Part shown: in pieces, positions 26,062-40,000 of the stretch
Layout of the letters: every line of letters starts with the position of its first letter
Position numbering within the stretch: position 1 is the first letter of the stretch
Source: Iphione sp. A-MEVVRFRX5
Lineage: Eukaryota
Assembly: GCA_976226885.1 (NCBI GenBank)
Contig: OZ320321.1
Coordinates: 54,374,001 to 54,438,000, forward strand
DNA: 64,000 nt
Direction: 5' to 3'
Notes under the pieces: model-generated
What the model saw: the letters and a program-made list of their open reading frames with translations, nothing else
What the model was told of the DNA's origin: nothing
The model's database searches: none
Position numbers and translations under genes: made by a program

Positions 26062-28053
26062 CCCGTTCCGGCCTCCGAGCCTCCGCCACCGCCACCGCTC
26101 CGTCACTCAGTCAGTCACATTGCTAGCAGTACCGACAGCATTAACAGTAACAACACCAGTATGTCCGCCAGTAACGCCTCCTCGGCGCGCTCCGAGCGTC
26201 CCACAGCCAACGGCCAGATGACGTCATCCACGCGCATCACGCGCCGGCACACATACCACCACCCAACATGGCGTCCGGACATGGAGCACGACCACGAAGA
26301 CGTCGCATCCTCGTCGCCGACGTCATCGACGTCGGCGATGACGGGGGACTACGTCCACGTGGCGGACGCGGCGGCCAGCGGCAGCAGGACGCACGGCAGC
26401 GGCGACCAACCCCCGGTCGCCGCGGCAGCGGCATCTGCTGACGATGTGGAACCGGAAATTGTGACAGGCGGCGGCGGCTCACTGCGCGGTCGCGGTGAGG
26501 CCCGGCCGACGGAAGGGTCGCCGGTGGCGCCGGTGACCTTCCGGAGTGTGCGGAGTATGAAGCACCGGGACAGGGCCTACCAGGAGGGGATGCGCAAAAG
26601 TAGTAGTATGCATGATCTTAGTCGGCCCGACGCCGACGCTGTTCCCACCCCGGACGAGTCGAGCCTGTACAGGAGTCGGTCACGCGACAATCTGTACGGC
26701 TCAATCCCGAAACGCCGATCGGTGAGTGTAAGCTTAGCTGACCCTGCAGACCCGCGCCAGTCTCTGCCCGCGGAGGCGCGTCTCTCAGACCCCAACCTGT
26801 CTTCTACCTTAAGCACTGATCCCGACTCGTCTTCCTCCTCCACCAGACCCAAAACCTTTTTCGAGACCCTGCAAGATTCTCTTACCAATCCCGAACCGCC
26901 TAAACCTAAGCCGAAAAACAGTCGCTACTTACGATTAGCTAATATTCCAGTAACTAGGACTATAGAGAGTTACGTAGGTTCTTCTAGTCCCGAGGAGGTC
27001 CCCTCCCCGACCGTTTCGCCCCGCAGGAGCAAGTCTCTTGATCGCCCAGCCGAACGCCAGCGTCGGCGCGAGGCGTCCCCGTCGCCGGTTGCTGTGAAGC
27101 GGCAACCTTTGCGCTCGCTCTCCAGTCCCCGAGATAGAACCTCCATTACTAACTCTAGTGAGAAGCCCACTAACCACACCCCGATCTCTCGAAGCCACAT
27201 TGAGGATATAAAGGCCAAGTTCCAGAGCATGGCCTCCCAGCAGCAGGATCTGCCACTTCCTCGCGGTCGTCGGGCGCGGGCGGGCGGCGGCGGCGGCGGC
27301 GGTGGTGCCCTCTCACGCCGACCGACGAGCAGCTCCGCGCTCGAGACCGATGCGGCGAAAAGTGCCGCGGCCGCTGCCTCGGTACGCATGGATCTGAACC
27401 GGTCGAGAAGTAATATGGTGAGCAATTTAACCCGGCAGTGGGACAATGTGAGCGACTCACGTAGCAATAGTAGCGGCGGAGGTAGCCCGCAAGACAGCTC
27501 TCCCGGCCGGGCTAGTCGGCGGCCAGGCCGGCCCGCCGAGCGGAGATCCTACCCGTCCACGGCCGCCTCGACCAGTGACAAACAGCAGCATGTAAGCTCA
27601 TCCACCAAATCCTCTGCCTCTTCCTCACCGGCAAGTGTAAATGAGGTCTGCTATACTTCTCCCCCGCCCTCTTCCGTCTCCCAGTATGGGGCTGGGCACA
27701 AATACGGTGGCACCCTCTCCCCAATCGGCGGGGCGTCCCCCGACCGGCCGCCGAGTAAGTTTCAGGTCCGAGTACCCCCACCCTATCGGACCGCCTCGCT
27801 GTCCTCAGCGCCCACTCATTCTATGCCCCGCACTCCTTTCATTGGACAGGAACCTAACCTGGCGCGCCCGTCTGCACGAAGCCTGTCGGCGCCGTCGCCG
27901 GCGCGAGGGGCCAAGAGTGGTGCCGACCTTGGTGGAAGCAGGTCTTCCCGTAATCTGGAGCACAGTGACATCGATTCTTACCGCCAGCGAGAGAGTGGGA
28001 GGCCCTCCTACATACTGAATGGACGCACCAAGAACGAGACGGATGAACACAAG
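26062..28053 (+). CDS. MPRIP: MPRIP-like exon, 1,992 nt, S/P/R-rich low complexity (PVPASEPPP...ETDEHK), phase 0-0
   Basis: Poly-T tract then CAG acceptor at 26059-26061; donor AAG|GTAAGC at 28054; lies inside the 720-aa ORF; contains RRSKSLDR, similar to RAKSLDRR in MPRIP. Confidence 0.85.
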
Positions 28054-31000
28054 GTAAGCATATACCTCCGTCAAAGACGTAGCGGACATACTTCAAGCTT
28101 AGTCGTCAGCATTTCAGACCTTTTGCAATATAAAGAAAAAAGTGAAGTTACAGTGTATTTCGACGCGTTTAAAGACAATTTGTTTAAGGAAGAAAAACTT
28201 TAACAAATTCTGTGCATTTTCCCAGACGTTCCTCTCGGGGTAACTGGTCTTCATCTAATTTGAGCCCAACCGTCCCAGGCAAATTAAAGCAAATTACGGC
28301 CTCCAGTCGTTCGGATGTATGTGAACGAGTCCATGTCTGTGGGAGCATACGGTAGTGGAAAGCGCCCGTACTGACCTTTGAATTAGTTTAGGTCCTTGGG
28401 TGCTGCCCCCTGGAGGGAATTGCCTCCAGTGAATATTGACACAGAGGCCAAACGAGTTAACTATNNNNNNNNNNNNNNNNNNNNNNNNNNNNNNNNNNNN
28501 NNNNNNNNNNNNNNNNNNNNNNNNNNNNNNNNNNNNNNNNNNNNNNNNNNNNNNNNNNNNNNNNNNNNNNNNNNNNNNNNNNNNNNNNNNNNNNNNNNNN
28601 NNNNNNNNNNNNNNNNNNNNNNNATCATTGCCTCCCCCTTCCCTCCTTCCCAACTAAACCCTCGGGCGATTTCCACGTCGCAAACCCTCCGGGTCAGTAG
28701 GCACGAAAGAACAAAGGGTCGCAATTAAATACGACGGTGTGAGTGAAGTAACTATGACAACGCGCAGGTGATGTGATACGGATCACTCTGCCGAGGTCGA
28801 ATGATTTAAATAAAAGTACAGTGGCAGATAAATTTTGCTGCGTATAAATTTATAACATACAGGTACATAATGATCAGTGCATAGTCGTGACGCATCCATC
28901 TGTATTGCATTTCCAACTGCATTCTGTAAGCCATACTTTTAGGGGGGAGCAGTTTATTTATACAACGTATCAAATAATATTTAGCTGCAAAAAGGTAGAC
29001 AAAGGAGTTTTGAGTGAGTGTACATGTACAGCCACATATTGTGTAGTGGGTCAGCGCCTGTGCCAGACGCTGATGAACAGTTGCTGCTGACGGCCCACAC
29101 CATTAGGCTGTATTATTTATTCATCTCTGTAACCATCGGAATGGTAATTCCTCCTCATATATGGGCGGCGCCCGGCGACGGGAGAACGCCGCTGTAAGTG
29201 GATACCTCTCACTCACCGTACTTACCGTGCGATGATGTGGACGGTTGTAGACAATAGCCGGCTCCACTGTTGACTACCTGTGTTGGAGAGTGACGCTGCT
29301 CCCAGGTCTTGATCAGTGGTGTCCGCCTGTTCTCATGATATGCAAGGATGCATGGCAACAAGGCCTAGAATCAGCCGCGCTTTTCTGAGCATTTACTGTC
29401 ATTCCTGGTGAATACGTCTGGCCGAGATGGGAGAGATCTTGGCCTGGATAGGACAGTTAACTCTGATAATTCTGACATAAGGTGACTGATGGGTTCAGTG
29501 AAAATGAAGAACCTCACTTTAAGAAGGTAATGCAGGCGGTAGACAGGTGAGCTACCGGAGGAACCTTACTACAGGACTGCGAGTATACGGATGTAGACTG
29601 TGACTTGAGAAAGCTTGAAGTGTTTTAACCATTGACACAGCATCAAGATGGTATATGTTATCTTCACGAAGGTAAGACTGGCGTCCCAGCGTTGACTTGT
29701 TTCACGCAAAGCACTCAACTGCACACACATACATCCATATGTGCACGCAAATATATAGTATTAGTACCAAAGTCTTTCGCTGGGAGCTCGTTACATTTAG
29801 AAGAACTTTGGCACCAGGCCGCAAAGTATTAAAAAAGAAAAGTATTAGAGTAAAAGTGATGCAATGCCATTCTTAAATGAAACAGTGTTAAGCAATCATA
29901 TTAATTGCGCTTATATGAAAATCTTTTTAAATGCCCCGTAGATAACGAAAGTTCATGGTTACCTGAACGAAAGAACTGTCCATATATAAAAAAAGAAAAA
30001 AACAACAAATGCGCCGGATAACTGAATGCATGGTAAATGTTGAAGTAATTAATAGATATTGATTGATACGTCTTCTACTTGCCACCTTTTGTTTTCATTT
30101 TATTTATTGTTGTGTGAGCGTATTGCAAAGACTTACCTGTTCTAACACGTGTTGTCTTTTTCCCCCCACTCACTATTCTTTCCTTCGATCTTTTGGGTAA
30201 GCATCAGCCAAGCGTACGTCCCTGTTACGCTCAGTTAGTTAAGGAATCCCAACACATTCACACGAAGCTTCCGTCACTTCCCTGTACTTAAGATAGAAGC
30301 AGCATGTTTCTTCCTTGCTAGTTTGGACCCAAAAGAAAGAGAGATAGAGAGTAAATTAATGGACACTTGATATCTGCAACTGTGTGGCAAATGTATTCCA
30401 ATAAAACCTGCCCCGTAGAAACGTTTTAAAAGAAGCCCCCATTCTTGTTTTGCGACCCATTTCTAAACGGTTTCTGTTATGCTACATGAAGTGTTACAAA
30501 GACCAGGAAGGAGAAAACGCGTAGGCGCATTGTTTCTCAAATTGTAAATTGTTTATGTGTATGTATTTTCTTCGCATTTTTCAGTTAAGTAACGATTTAA
30601 AAGAAAAGTGTTGGAAAGAATGTTAGCAGGAGTCTACGCCGCATTTCTCTGTTCTTTGTAGCAAAATAATATTCGTGAATGTATACGGTGCAAAAGGCAT
30701 ACGTCAGCTTAAGAACACCGGAAGCATGACTGTTTGGTCTGTATTTGACGTATACTAGACTTACTTAACACGTTACAAAATAATGTCCTACACATAAAGG
30801 AATTCACTAGGAAATGGTTCGCTCTTTAGCATATCACTTTTTATCTGATAACCTCCTCTGCAGCCTTTGAAATGTTCCTGTTTTGGCATATATGCTGGTT
30901 TACGTGCCTCATTATCCCATCAACCTCAACGTAAGACGTGCTTGTTGATCAGAATGACGACCCTGATTATTTAATCAAACGTCGTGTTCGAAGACAATTA

Positions 31001-34000
31001 AAATGCAGTAGAGCATGGCCGAGAATGTAAAACATTATCCTGATTAAACTCATCACCTCCTGGGAAATCATAGTTTCACGTATGGAAAGACCATCCTCCC
31101 CGCACCTTCTTATCTTAAGTTATAAATAAGTAGATCATTTGTTACTGTTTACTTAAGCATTCTAGTTCCTTTCAATGGTTTGTTTAGTTTTTTTTTATGC
31201 AATCAGCTTTTGTGATTTTCTCACACTTGAAAGTGATTTCGTAGTCCTTCAGAATTGAATATCTACTAGAAAAAAAAAGTCACCAAGGAAACGTTTCCCA
31301 CGAGTCCAACTATTTTAAAGACGATTATAAACTGACGACGGAACTAGTGTTATAACTGTGTTTTTTCCTTTGTTGCCGTCAGATGGCCAAGTCGGGAGAG
31401 TTGGCAGCGCGAATAGGACACCATCTACCCGACAGCCCCGGCAAGACCAGCCAGCGGCACGACCCCTACGACGTGAGTAACCCTCGGTTAAGCCCTCTGA
31501 GGAAAAGATGACTTGACTTTCAGGAGGCATGGAGATTTTTTAATTGAATGCCCTATAATAACGCAGGATAAGTGTATGAAAACTCGACATTGTTTGCCGC
31601 TACATTTGTCAGTTGTGCTGTAAGTACTAAAATTTCAAATTTGGGCTTTGGAATTTCAATTACTGGGGGACAGGGTTTAAGGAGAGTGGTCTATAACTAG
31701 ACGTACATGAGAATGCTGAAGATAAGAGAGTTGACACATGTTAAGTTCGTTTCTACAGAAATGGAAAGCATTCAGTATATTTTTAGACAAATGAGGGTAA
31801 ATGGTACATGATCACAGCACAGCCGGGCTAAAAGGGTTAAGGGACCTCCCCATTTCCACCGTTCACAGAGGTATTCGCCTCTATACCCCTCTTATCATTT
31901 AGTCATCACAGCATTAGGTTATAACGCCTCTTATTCCTTGCGGTTGTCTTTATATTGTGGTTTCCCTCCAACTTCAATTTCAGGATTTGATGTACATGAA
32001 GAAGGGTTGGTTACTGAAGCAGCACGATGACAAAGTAAGTGCAACAATAAAAAGTGTCACATTTTAATTATCAAATGCCTTTCTTAGCTTGTACCGAAGT
32101 CTTATGTACCTGTCTGCATGTCTGTCAGTCTGTTTGTCTGTCTGTCCGNNNNNNNNNNNNNNNNNNNNNNNNNNNNNNNNNNNNNNNNNNNNNNNNNNNN
32201 NNNNNNNNNNNNNNNNNNNNNNNNNNNNNNNNNNNNNNNNNNNNNNNNNNNNNNNNNNNNNNNNNNNNNNNNNNNNNNNNNNNNNNNNNNNNNNNNNNNN
32301 NNNNNNNNNNNNCTTCTCTTGTGTGTCCATGGTCGCATGCTTTGTTGCTCACGCTATATTTCATCCCCCAGCATGCTTCCTGATCACACGTTTCCTAAAT
32401 AACGCGGCGTTGAAATCAATTCATCATTCGCATTGTTCGCATCCCTTTTAACGACTAGGTCAGTAGTTACTATAATTAGATTTTACCTCGCCAAGGCGAG
32501 CCCCGTGTAACTTGCCAAGATCTCCACAACGTGCAACCATATCGAGTGGTGCCGGCGCCAAGTATTGAATGCACTTTGTTTTGCCTGGTCTTACTGACAC
32601 CTAGTCATACGAAAACAACCGTCAGCATCTTCTAAAATGAACTGCCAAGCCAGTACATGAAGCTGACACGCTCCATAAGGAGCGTTGTATACATGTATAC
32701 ACAGTCAGATATAAATTAAGTGGACTTGTGGACCAAGATAAGATGCATTACCTTACTCCACTCATCAGGACGATCGCGCGGATAACGTCCTTTTTAAGAC
32801 TGAATAATATACATGTAAATGAATCAGCTCATTCCAGATGAGATCCATAAACAGCTTCTGTCTATGTGAGGAAAGTAGGTGCGGCTCTGTTGTTAACGTT
32901 AAATTTCATCCTGGTAGTCATTGTTTAGTTCAGAGGGAGTCCCACGGACACCTCCATATACAAATGTACATGTATTCTTGAACCTTTGGCCTTAAGAATG
33001 GCGTGAATAAGACTGTGTTTCAGTGAATGCACGCATGCGTATTTTTTGTGTGTGCGTTTTGGCTCGTTGGACTGGGCAATGTCCATAAATTTCACTCCTG
33101 CAGTAGGGCATGGAAGTGCGGGTTAACCTCAGGCCCAGGCTAAAGGTACCTGTAGGAAACAGTCCTACTCAGTTTGCAAGTTCCTGCACCTTTTGTTTGC
33201 AGAATTTACACAGTCATGGCTCAGTTTCGAGAAGTAACGCACAAGAATGGCAAACTTTACACACCACCTACAGTTCTGATTAGATTGTAATCTGATGTGT
33301 TGTCAAGGTAGTATCGGGCGGTGTGCATTGACCATGGTTCGTTGTTTATATTGTTTATATTGTGATATCACTACACATCAAAATATGACAGATGTCAATG
33401 TTGTTCAGGTCAAAACATTTCTACATGTTTTCGTGTCAGGCAGTATTGTATTTTCAAATCGCTTTGTTCATCACTTTCATTTATCGTGTTGCCATAGAGA
33501 TATTGGACCAGGTCATATGTTGGGAGGATAAAAGGAAGTTGTGTAGACATGGAGCTTACGTTTGGTCCATAAATCTCCGCAGTGAGGTGCATGCATGACA
33601 TTGAAGCCCATTGTGGCTGTGTGCATTCTTTAGATCCAATTTATTTTCTTTGAAAACTATCTGACATGCACAGAAGAACTAGGCAGAAGTTTCACACTTC
33701 ATTTGGCACTTGCACCAGTCTAAAATACCGCAGGTCGACTAAGCCATTTAGGTTGCTAAATCATGTCAAAACTTCGACGAAAACATGCAGGGAGGCCATT
33801 GGTTGACATTAATAAGGGAAAGCACTATAATTATGGACATGAGACAATCTGTGACTATTATTCACATGTAGTCTAGCCTGTCATAGATGGGGATTAAAAA
33901 GACATTAAGTTAGACCGAATCAAAGAGAAGTGTCTGTCTACAGACAATAGTCCTTCATCGCGGTTCGTTCAAATGTCTTCAGAGTGCCTATTGTCGGTGT

Positions 34001-37000
34001 TGTCCTCCGTCGGGTGCGTTTACATGCATGCACATTTATAGCAGTAAAGGTTTTGTTTACGTTCCCCTGTCATCATTCTCGAGTATCCTTATAGGTGCAT
34101 TGCCTCGACGAGTAAACTCATCCTACAATATGGCCAAACTGTAGACAACTGTATTAGTCACTTGCATCACGGACTTTTGTCTCTGTCATTGTCCCTGAAA
34201 CAATATGAGCCAGCGCTCTCTCTTTGAGGCGGGTAGGTAGGCCGATTTGTGTTGGAAAGCAAGCATCTCATTCTGAATAACTGGTCCAAACAAGCTGTAT
34301 TTATTGAAGGACAAAGAGGACAATATATATTTAAATATGGTCTGGCTAATTTGGACAACAGAAGAATTTGTCCTTTTAAGGACTTGAGGCATTCTTTAGA
34401 CTCGTCTGTGAACCTTATAGAAATGAATATGTGTACATACATATACGTGTATACTTTCAGATATGGTTATACATACACGTATATAATTAGAACCAAGGAT
34501 AGTGTATGGCTGAATGAGTGCAAAATGGAACTGATAGAGGAATACTGTTCAGTTTGAACAGCAGTGATCAGAGGTCAGGTAATGTCCCATTCATGATGGC
34601 CCTGAACTAAATGATGCGACGTCTTCGTCGAATGAGTGATCTGCCGACAGAGATGGTTGGGATGAAGGTGATTTCAACCAGGATGCCATTGGATGCTATA
34701 CTGTTGGAAGCCAGTGCCCACTGAATGTTTAAAGCCTTCGTGGGCGGACTGCCAAGTCTGGTCGCTGTATAGAGCATCTGCCTGCAGCCTGTCAGCCACG
34801 ATGGTTATTTATGCGTAGCCACCGGCTGCCGGTGTTGCATCTGACAGATTTTCAGTGTGTCATGATTACTTGACAATGGAGGATGTGACTGCAGTATGGA
34901 CATATCTCACGGAGAATATCACGCAAAAAAAAAAGGTGTGCAGTCCGTGACGATCACAGGCAGAGGCCATTCTACGGTGCGCAATTAATTAGGTACACAT
35001 GTTCATGCGTACTCTGGACTTCATATTACTGGGCTGTTGGATTCGCAAATACCATATTCCATGCCGTTGCACAAAATATAACGACACGAATCGTTGTTTT
35101 TTCTGATCACGAAGGTGGAATTCGCTGCAGATATGTACTCGACCTATGCACCCATACTCTTCACCAAAAGCGTCATTTTTGTCGATGATGCCGCAGCAAG
35201 AGATTAAATCCAAGATGGGCGTTGCAAGATGAAGTGGCGGGAAAGCGCTGCTGTACAGTACCTTTAGTTTATTGACGATCACCTAACTGCAAACGCTCTA
35301 TGAGCCTACATTTGCTGGTTTGGGGCTGATCCGCGCCGCCGACTGGCCGCTCCGTCAGCTGTAGTCTGCACGGGAGTCGGCGTGGCCCGCATGGGGGCGG
35401 ATAATGCAGGGGATCAGCGTGGATTGTGGCGCGCAGAGCCCCCATTGTGGCTCGCACCAGTAGACTAACCCACATAGCAGGTAAGAGAGAGAGATAATCC
35501 TCACTTTAATGGGAACTGGAAAGTCGGTATTGATGTGTGACCTTTCACGGGCCTGTTTGTAGTGGAAATGGCAGCGCGGCGGCGTGCCGCGTGAACGGTA
35601 GTAGCATTCATCAGGTGCGGGCGGCCTGTGGTCATAACCGATCGAAGGGTATTTATATGAGCCTTGAAGGCCAAGGGTATTATAGACAGTGGGAATACGT
35701 CTAGAGCGTCTGCCATTCAGCGGGGGAGCTCCCCTAGAGCCAACATGCTTATTACATTAGGCCTCAGGTTGTTTACAGCCTGCTGCCTCAGCTACCAGAG
35801 GCGTCAGGGCCTCGCGTGGATAGCGTCGTCGGTGGCACAGCAGACCTGCTTCCTGTGGATTGTTTTGATCAAATGAGTTGCTCGAGAAGCTCTGAACTGA
35901 CCGTCACTCACGGACACGTCAACGTTGCTTTTATATCAACGGTGCCACCCATACACGAGAGATGATCAGTCGAGAGAGAAGCAGGAATTTCACTTTATAG
36001 ATAGCAGCCCCGTACTTACCCGAGGACATCATACCGGAGAGGAGTACTGGACACAGGTGTGTGCTCGCCATCACCCAAAGTTGGTCCCCGGGGGGAAAGC
36101 TCAGTGACGGACACTTGCTGCACTTTAGATTTGGAGTATCATACGTGGGAGCCAGTAGAAAGGTTCAGTCGTATTTAGAGCACTTGTAAACAACCCCCAG
36201 GAGGCACTTACTTTCTTTGGCATAAATACATAGTGCATTGTCATGTATAGACATTGGTGTTGTAAAAAAATAAAGCCCAACCTCATGTGAAGTCAGTGTT
36301 CCTTAAGGTCATTTGATGGATAGATCGTGCCAGTGGGTGGTCATTGACAGCTCAACATGATATGGAGCACGGAAATCATGGAGTGTTGGCGATCTGATCA
36401 GCACCACGCTTGGTGTTGCGTCACAGAACTCTACAGCATCGTGTGATGTTCGATGGAACTCGTGCCAAAACAGTTCATTTATTTATGTGTAGGCAACACG
36501 TAGAGTGTTCCACGGGGCCCATCCCTCGCGATCGCCTCATTATACAAGGATACTGTTTTGGTTCTACCGAGTTTACTGACACGACAGGAGGAATTCCCTT
36601 TGAAACCCGGAGGGATTCTGCTGCATTCATCGTCATATAAGTGCTACTCTGAAGCAGGCGAGTTAAAATATTCCGTTCATCTGAATGTGGTTTTGTACGA
36701 TTTCACAGTCTGTTTAGTGGATGTATAACGTAGATACTGTTAAAATTGTAAAGGTTTATAGGAAGCTTCAGTCGCCCTTTTGTAAATATACATGTAAATA
36801 TGCATGTATTCAGATGTAAGCGCAGTCCTCTAGGGATAAAGTTTGTTTTTTTTCTGTGAAGCTGCTGGTGATACTGTGCTTTTGCGTCCATTCACCCAAC
36901 ATCATCTCATATGTATAGGGAGTTGTATACACGTATATCTATAAGCCAATCTATAAGTCGGGTCCAGTCAGATATGATCCATTTATTTCATTTTACATTG

Positions 37001-40000
37001 TGGGGTAACCTGACGTATATTTGTCATACACCTGTACACCAAATCAGCAAACTTTGAGTTCTCTAGTATATGTGACTAGGAAATTCTAGCTCAATAACAG
37101 TCGCTGGTATCGGACGTGTAATTACACGTTTGTGGTCTACAAAATTGATTTCTTGGCTATTTTCCATGGTGTTTATTGCATATTTAAATATGGTTGACAA
37201 GAAATAACCTATTATTTACTGAGCCATTTTGACATATTCGTTGGATATTTGTCCGTGCGCATTACGCTTCCGGCCATGTGTCTTCAGAATGGTCCGCCAT
37301 TAACGTCAAATTAACGCTGATAAATGTATATCGCTTGTGTCAAAACCCACAGGTTTCCCCTTCGTAGTTCGCATGAAATACATTTTGACGGTCATTCGTT
37401 GTTTCTACAGAAAACCACGCATCCCTGAATTGTCATTTGGTCCACAGCGTCAGTACTGTATATTGAGAAAACCCGCACTGTTTATACATTGTATCTAAAT
37501 GCACATGCATGTAGATCCACATGTATTTGTAGCCCTTGTTTCCGTTATTTCAATCGTTGAATGAGGATGTCATTCTCGGCTGACTGTCTGCCTGTGCTGT
37601 CTACAGCAGGACTGGAGTAAGCACTGGTTTGTACTCAGCGGAGCATCCCTCAAGTTCTATCAGGACGCCAGAGCTGAGGAAGCGAACGAACTGGACGGAT
37701 GCATCGACATAGCTGGCTGCTTCGAGGTCAGCGAGACGGACGTCACCAGGAATTACGGCTTCAGACTTAAGGTGCGTCTTTTTCGGGTTTATATTTTACC
37801 AGTCGAAGTTAGGGTCTTGGTCATTGGTCGGCTTGAAGTAGATGAGGAAGTGTATTGTAATACTGGGGCTCCAGCAAGAAGAACACCATCCACGTGGGAC
37901 TAAAGTTTCTCTCTGTCATTCTAAAGTGTGTCGTATCACGCTTGAATACTTATTGGATTCGGTTTTGTCATTGTTTTAAGGTATACTGTACATTAAATAA
38001 ACTCCATGGAATTTTAAAAAGAGATTAAGTGGTCTAAATATCTGATGCTAACGGATTCTCTTCTTACAGACACGCTCCCAAGGAGATCACATTTTATCAG
38101 CTATGACATCGGGTATCCGCAACAACTGGATGCAGGCCATCCAGAAGTGTATGGATACCGGGGCACCACCTGGTCACCTGGACTTCAGCCCTCCCCACGT
38201 GGACTTCAGCCCGTCCTCCTCCACCTCATCTACTACAGCATCAGGCGGCCGAGCCTCGACCTTCTCCTCATCGTCGTCACCGGCGCGGCCGTCCTCGTCG
38301 CTCTCCGTGCAGCGTCCGACATCGGCGCCGGCGCAGGACCTGAACCGACGCCATACCGTGGGTGCCGCGTCGTCGGCACGCGCGAACCGCGGCGCGGAGA
38401 AGACAGACCCGTCATCGTCGACTTCTTCCTCTTCCTCCTGGAGCAGGCAGTCCCGCGCCCGTCGGGCGACCTTCGACTCGTTCAACGCTCGCGACCCGAC
38501 CAAGTCGTCCATGACCGGAAGCCCGCAGCGACTGTCGACGTCGGCGGTGGCGGGTACGGGAACGGCCTCGCCACGGTACGTTAGCTGTACGTGGCCGTAT
38601 GACAGCTCGTCGAACTCGTCTGGGGCGAGCTCCTCAGAGCGCGAACATACGCCCGACTCCAGCTCACACGGCAGCCGCTCCAGGCGCAACTCCAACGTGT
38701 CGCAGTACCTCGAGGTAGGCCAAAGATCGTCTGTACCATAAAACTTCTCAGATATCACTAGATCATGTGTTCTGCTCTTTCCTATCAACTTTTTCTCAGT
38801 ATCTGGTTTGTCTTTGGAAGATCATTTTCCAGTTGATGATGCTTTTATCGCTTCAGAGACGATTACGTACAAAACATGTTATCTCTGTTGTGAAATTTCG
38901 TCGTGATTTTCTGTCGTTTGAGTTTGAGTTTGAGTTTTTATTGAGCATCAATGTTGTCATCCCTTTAGGATGGTTGTTGGACTGTATTTATGAGGTAAGC
39001 GTACATTTTCTCTCAACCGCAGGATGAAGAAGAGAACAAGTCAAGGGATAGAACACAACAAGAGGAACTGGAGCTGGACGAAGTCGAACACAACATTCGG
39101 CGCATTCATCGCCGCTCACTCAGTGACCACGCACACAAAACCAAGCCGCCGCACTTCGACAAGTTTGAGAACGGAGCGGCCTTTGACGGCGGAGAGGCCG
39201 GCCCCGACGACACAGGTCGTAACGGCGGCAGCAACGACGACGATGCGGTCTTCGGTAACGACAGCGTCATGCGACTGCGGCGGAAGTCGGGCGGCTCAAC
39301 ATCGTCGTCGGCGACCGCCACGCGCGAATCAACGCCACCGTCGAGCCGCAGCAGCACGCCCCGCAAAGACGACTCCCGCCGCGCGACCAGCAGTACCGCA
39401 TCGCCTCGACGGTCGACGGAGATCCCTGTGGCCGTCGGCTCGACCGCAGCGGAGCGCATCCGCTCATCGCCGGCTAATGCGCGGGCGCCGAGTGCCAAGG
39501 TGAAGGAGAAATCGCGCGCCAAATCGCCGCGACCGCGCTCGCCGCCGCCGCTAGAGGTAAAGAAGGCGGCTGGTGTAGAGGAGGAGGCGCCGCCCCTTAC
39601 TAGTGAAGACCTGCTGAAGGACCTCACGAGTGGCCACTGGAAGGAGGTCAGTATATGTAGGAGGGAGGCTTAGGTACTGTCAAGGTTAAGGGAGAACGTG
39701 TGCTTTACTGTCGCAGCATATCTCGTTAACTTTGCTGTTAATTCACATTCAGTGTAACTGTTTCCATAATAACAGTTTCCCTTTGCTACTACCAAGCCAT
39801 CGATTTTTTTTTGTCTGAAGATTTATTTACGCGACACAGTTGTAAGTTCTATATTTTAACATTTTCACCGCGTAATTTTTTATTGAATTTGTGTTCAAAA
39901 TTTTGCTTCTTTTTTCACTCCTTTGTACTGCCTTACTAATAGCTGTAATTTTGGATTTGAAAGAATCTCGATACCCTATGCCATTAGATGGTACTAACAG

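Noticed and set aside
26237-28096. Overlapping ORFs in other frames and on the minus strand of the 2-kb exon
   Set aside because: GC-rich shadows of the real frame
28054-28203. Tail of the 720-aa ORF (VSIYLRQ...EEKL)
   Set aside because: Lies after a consensus donor and shifts to AT-rich intron composition
38045-39627. ORFs of 130-200 aa in other frames or antisense (38045, 38174, 39024, 39106)
   Set aside because: They overlap exons whose frame is fixed by PH homology and splice phase
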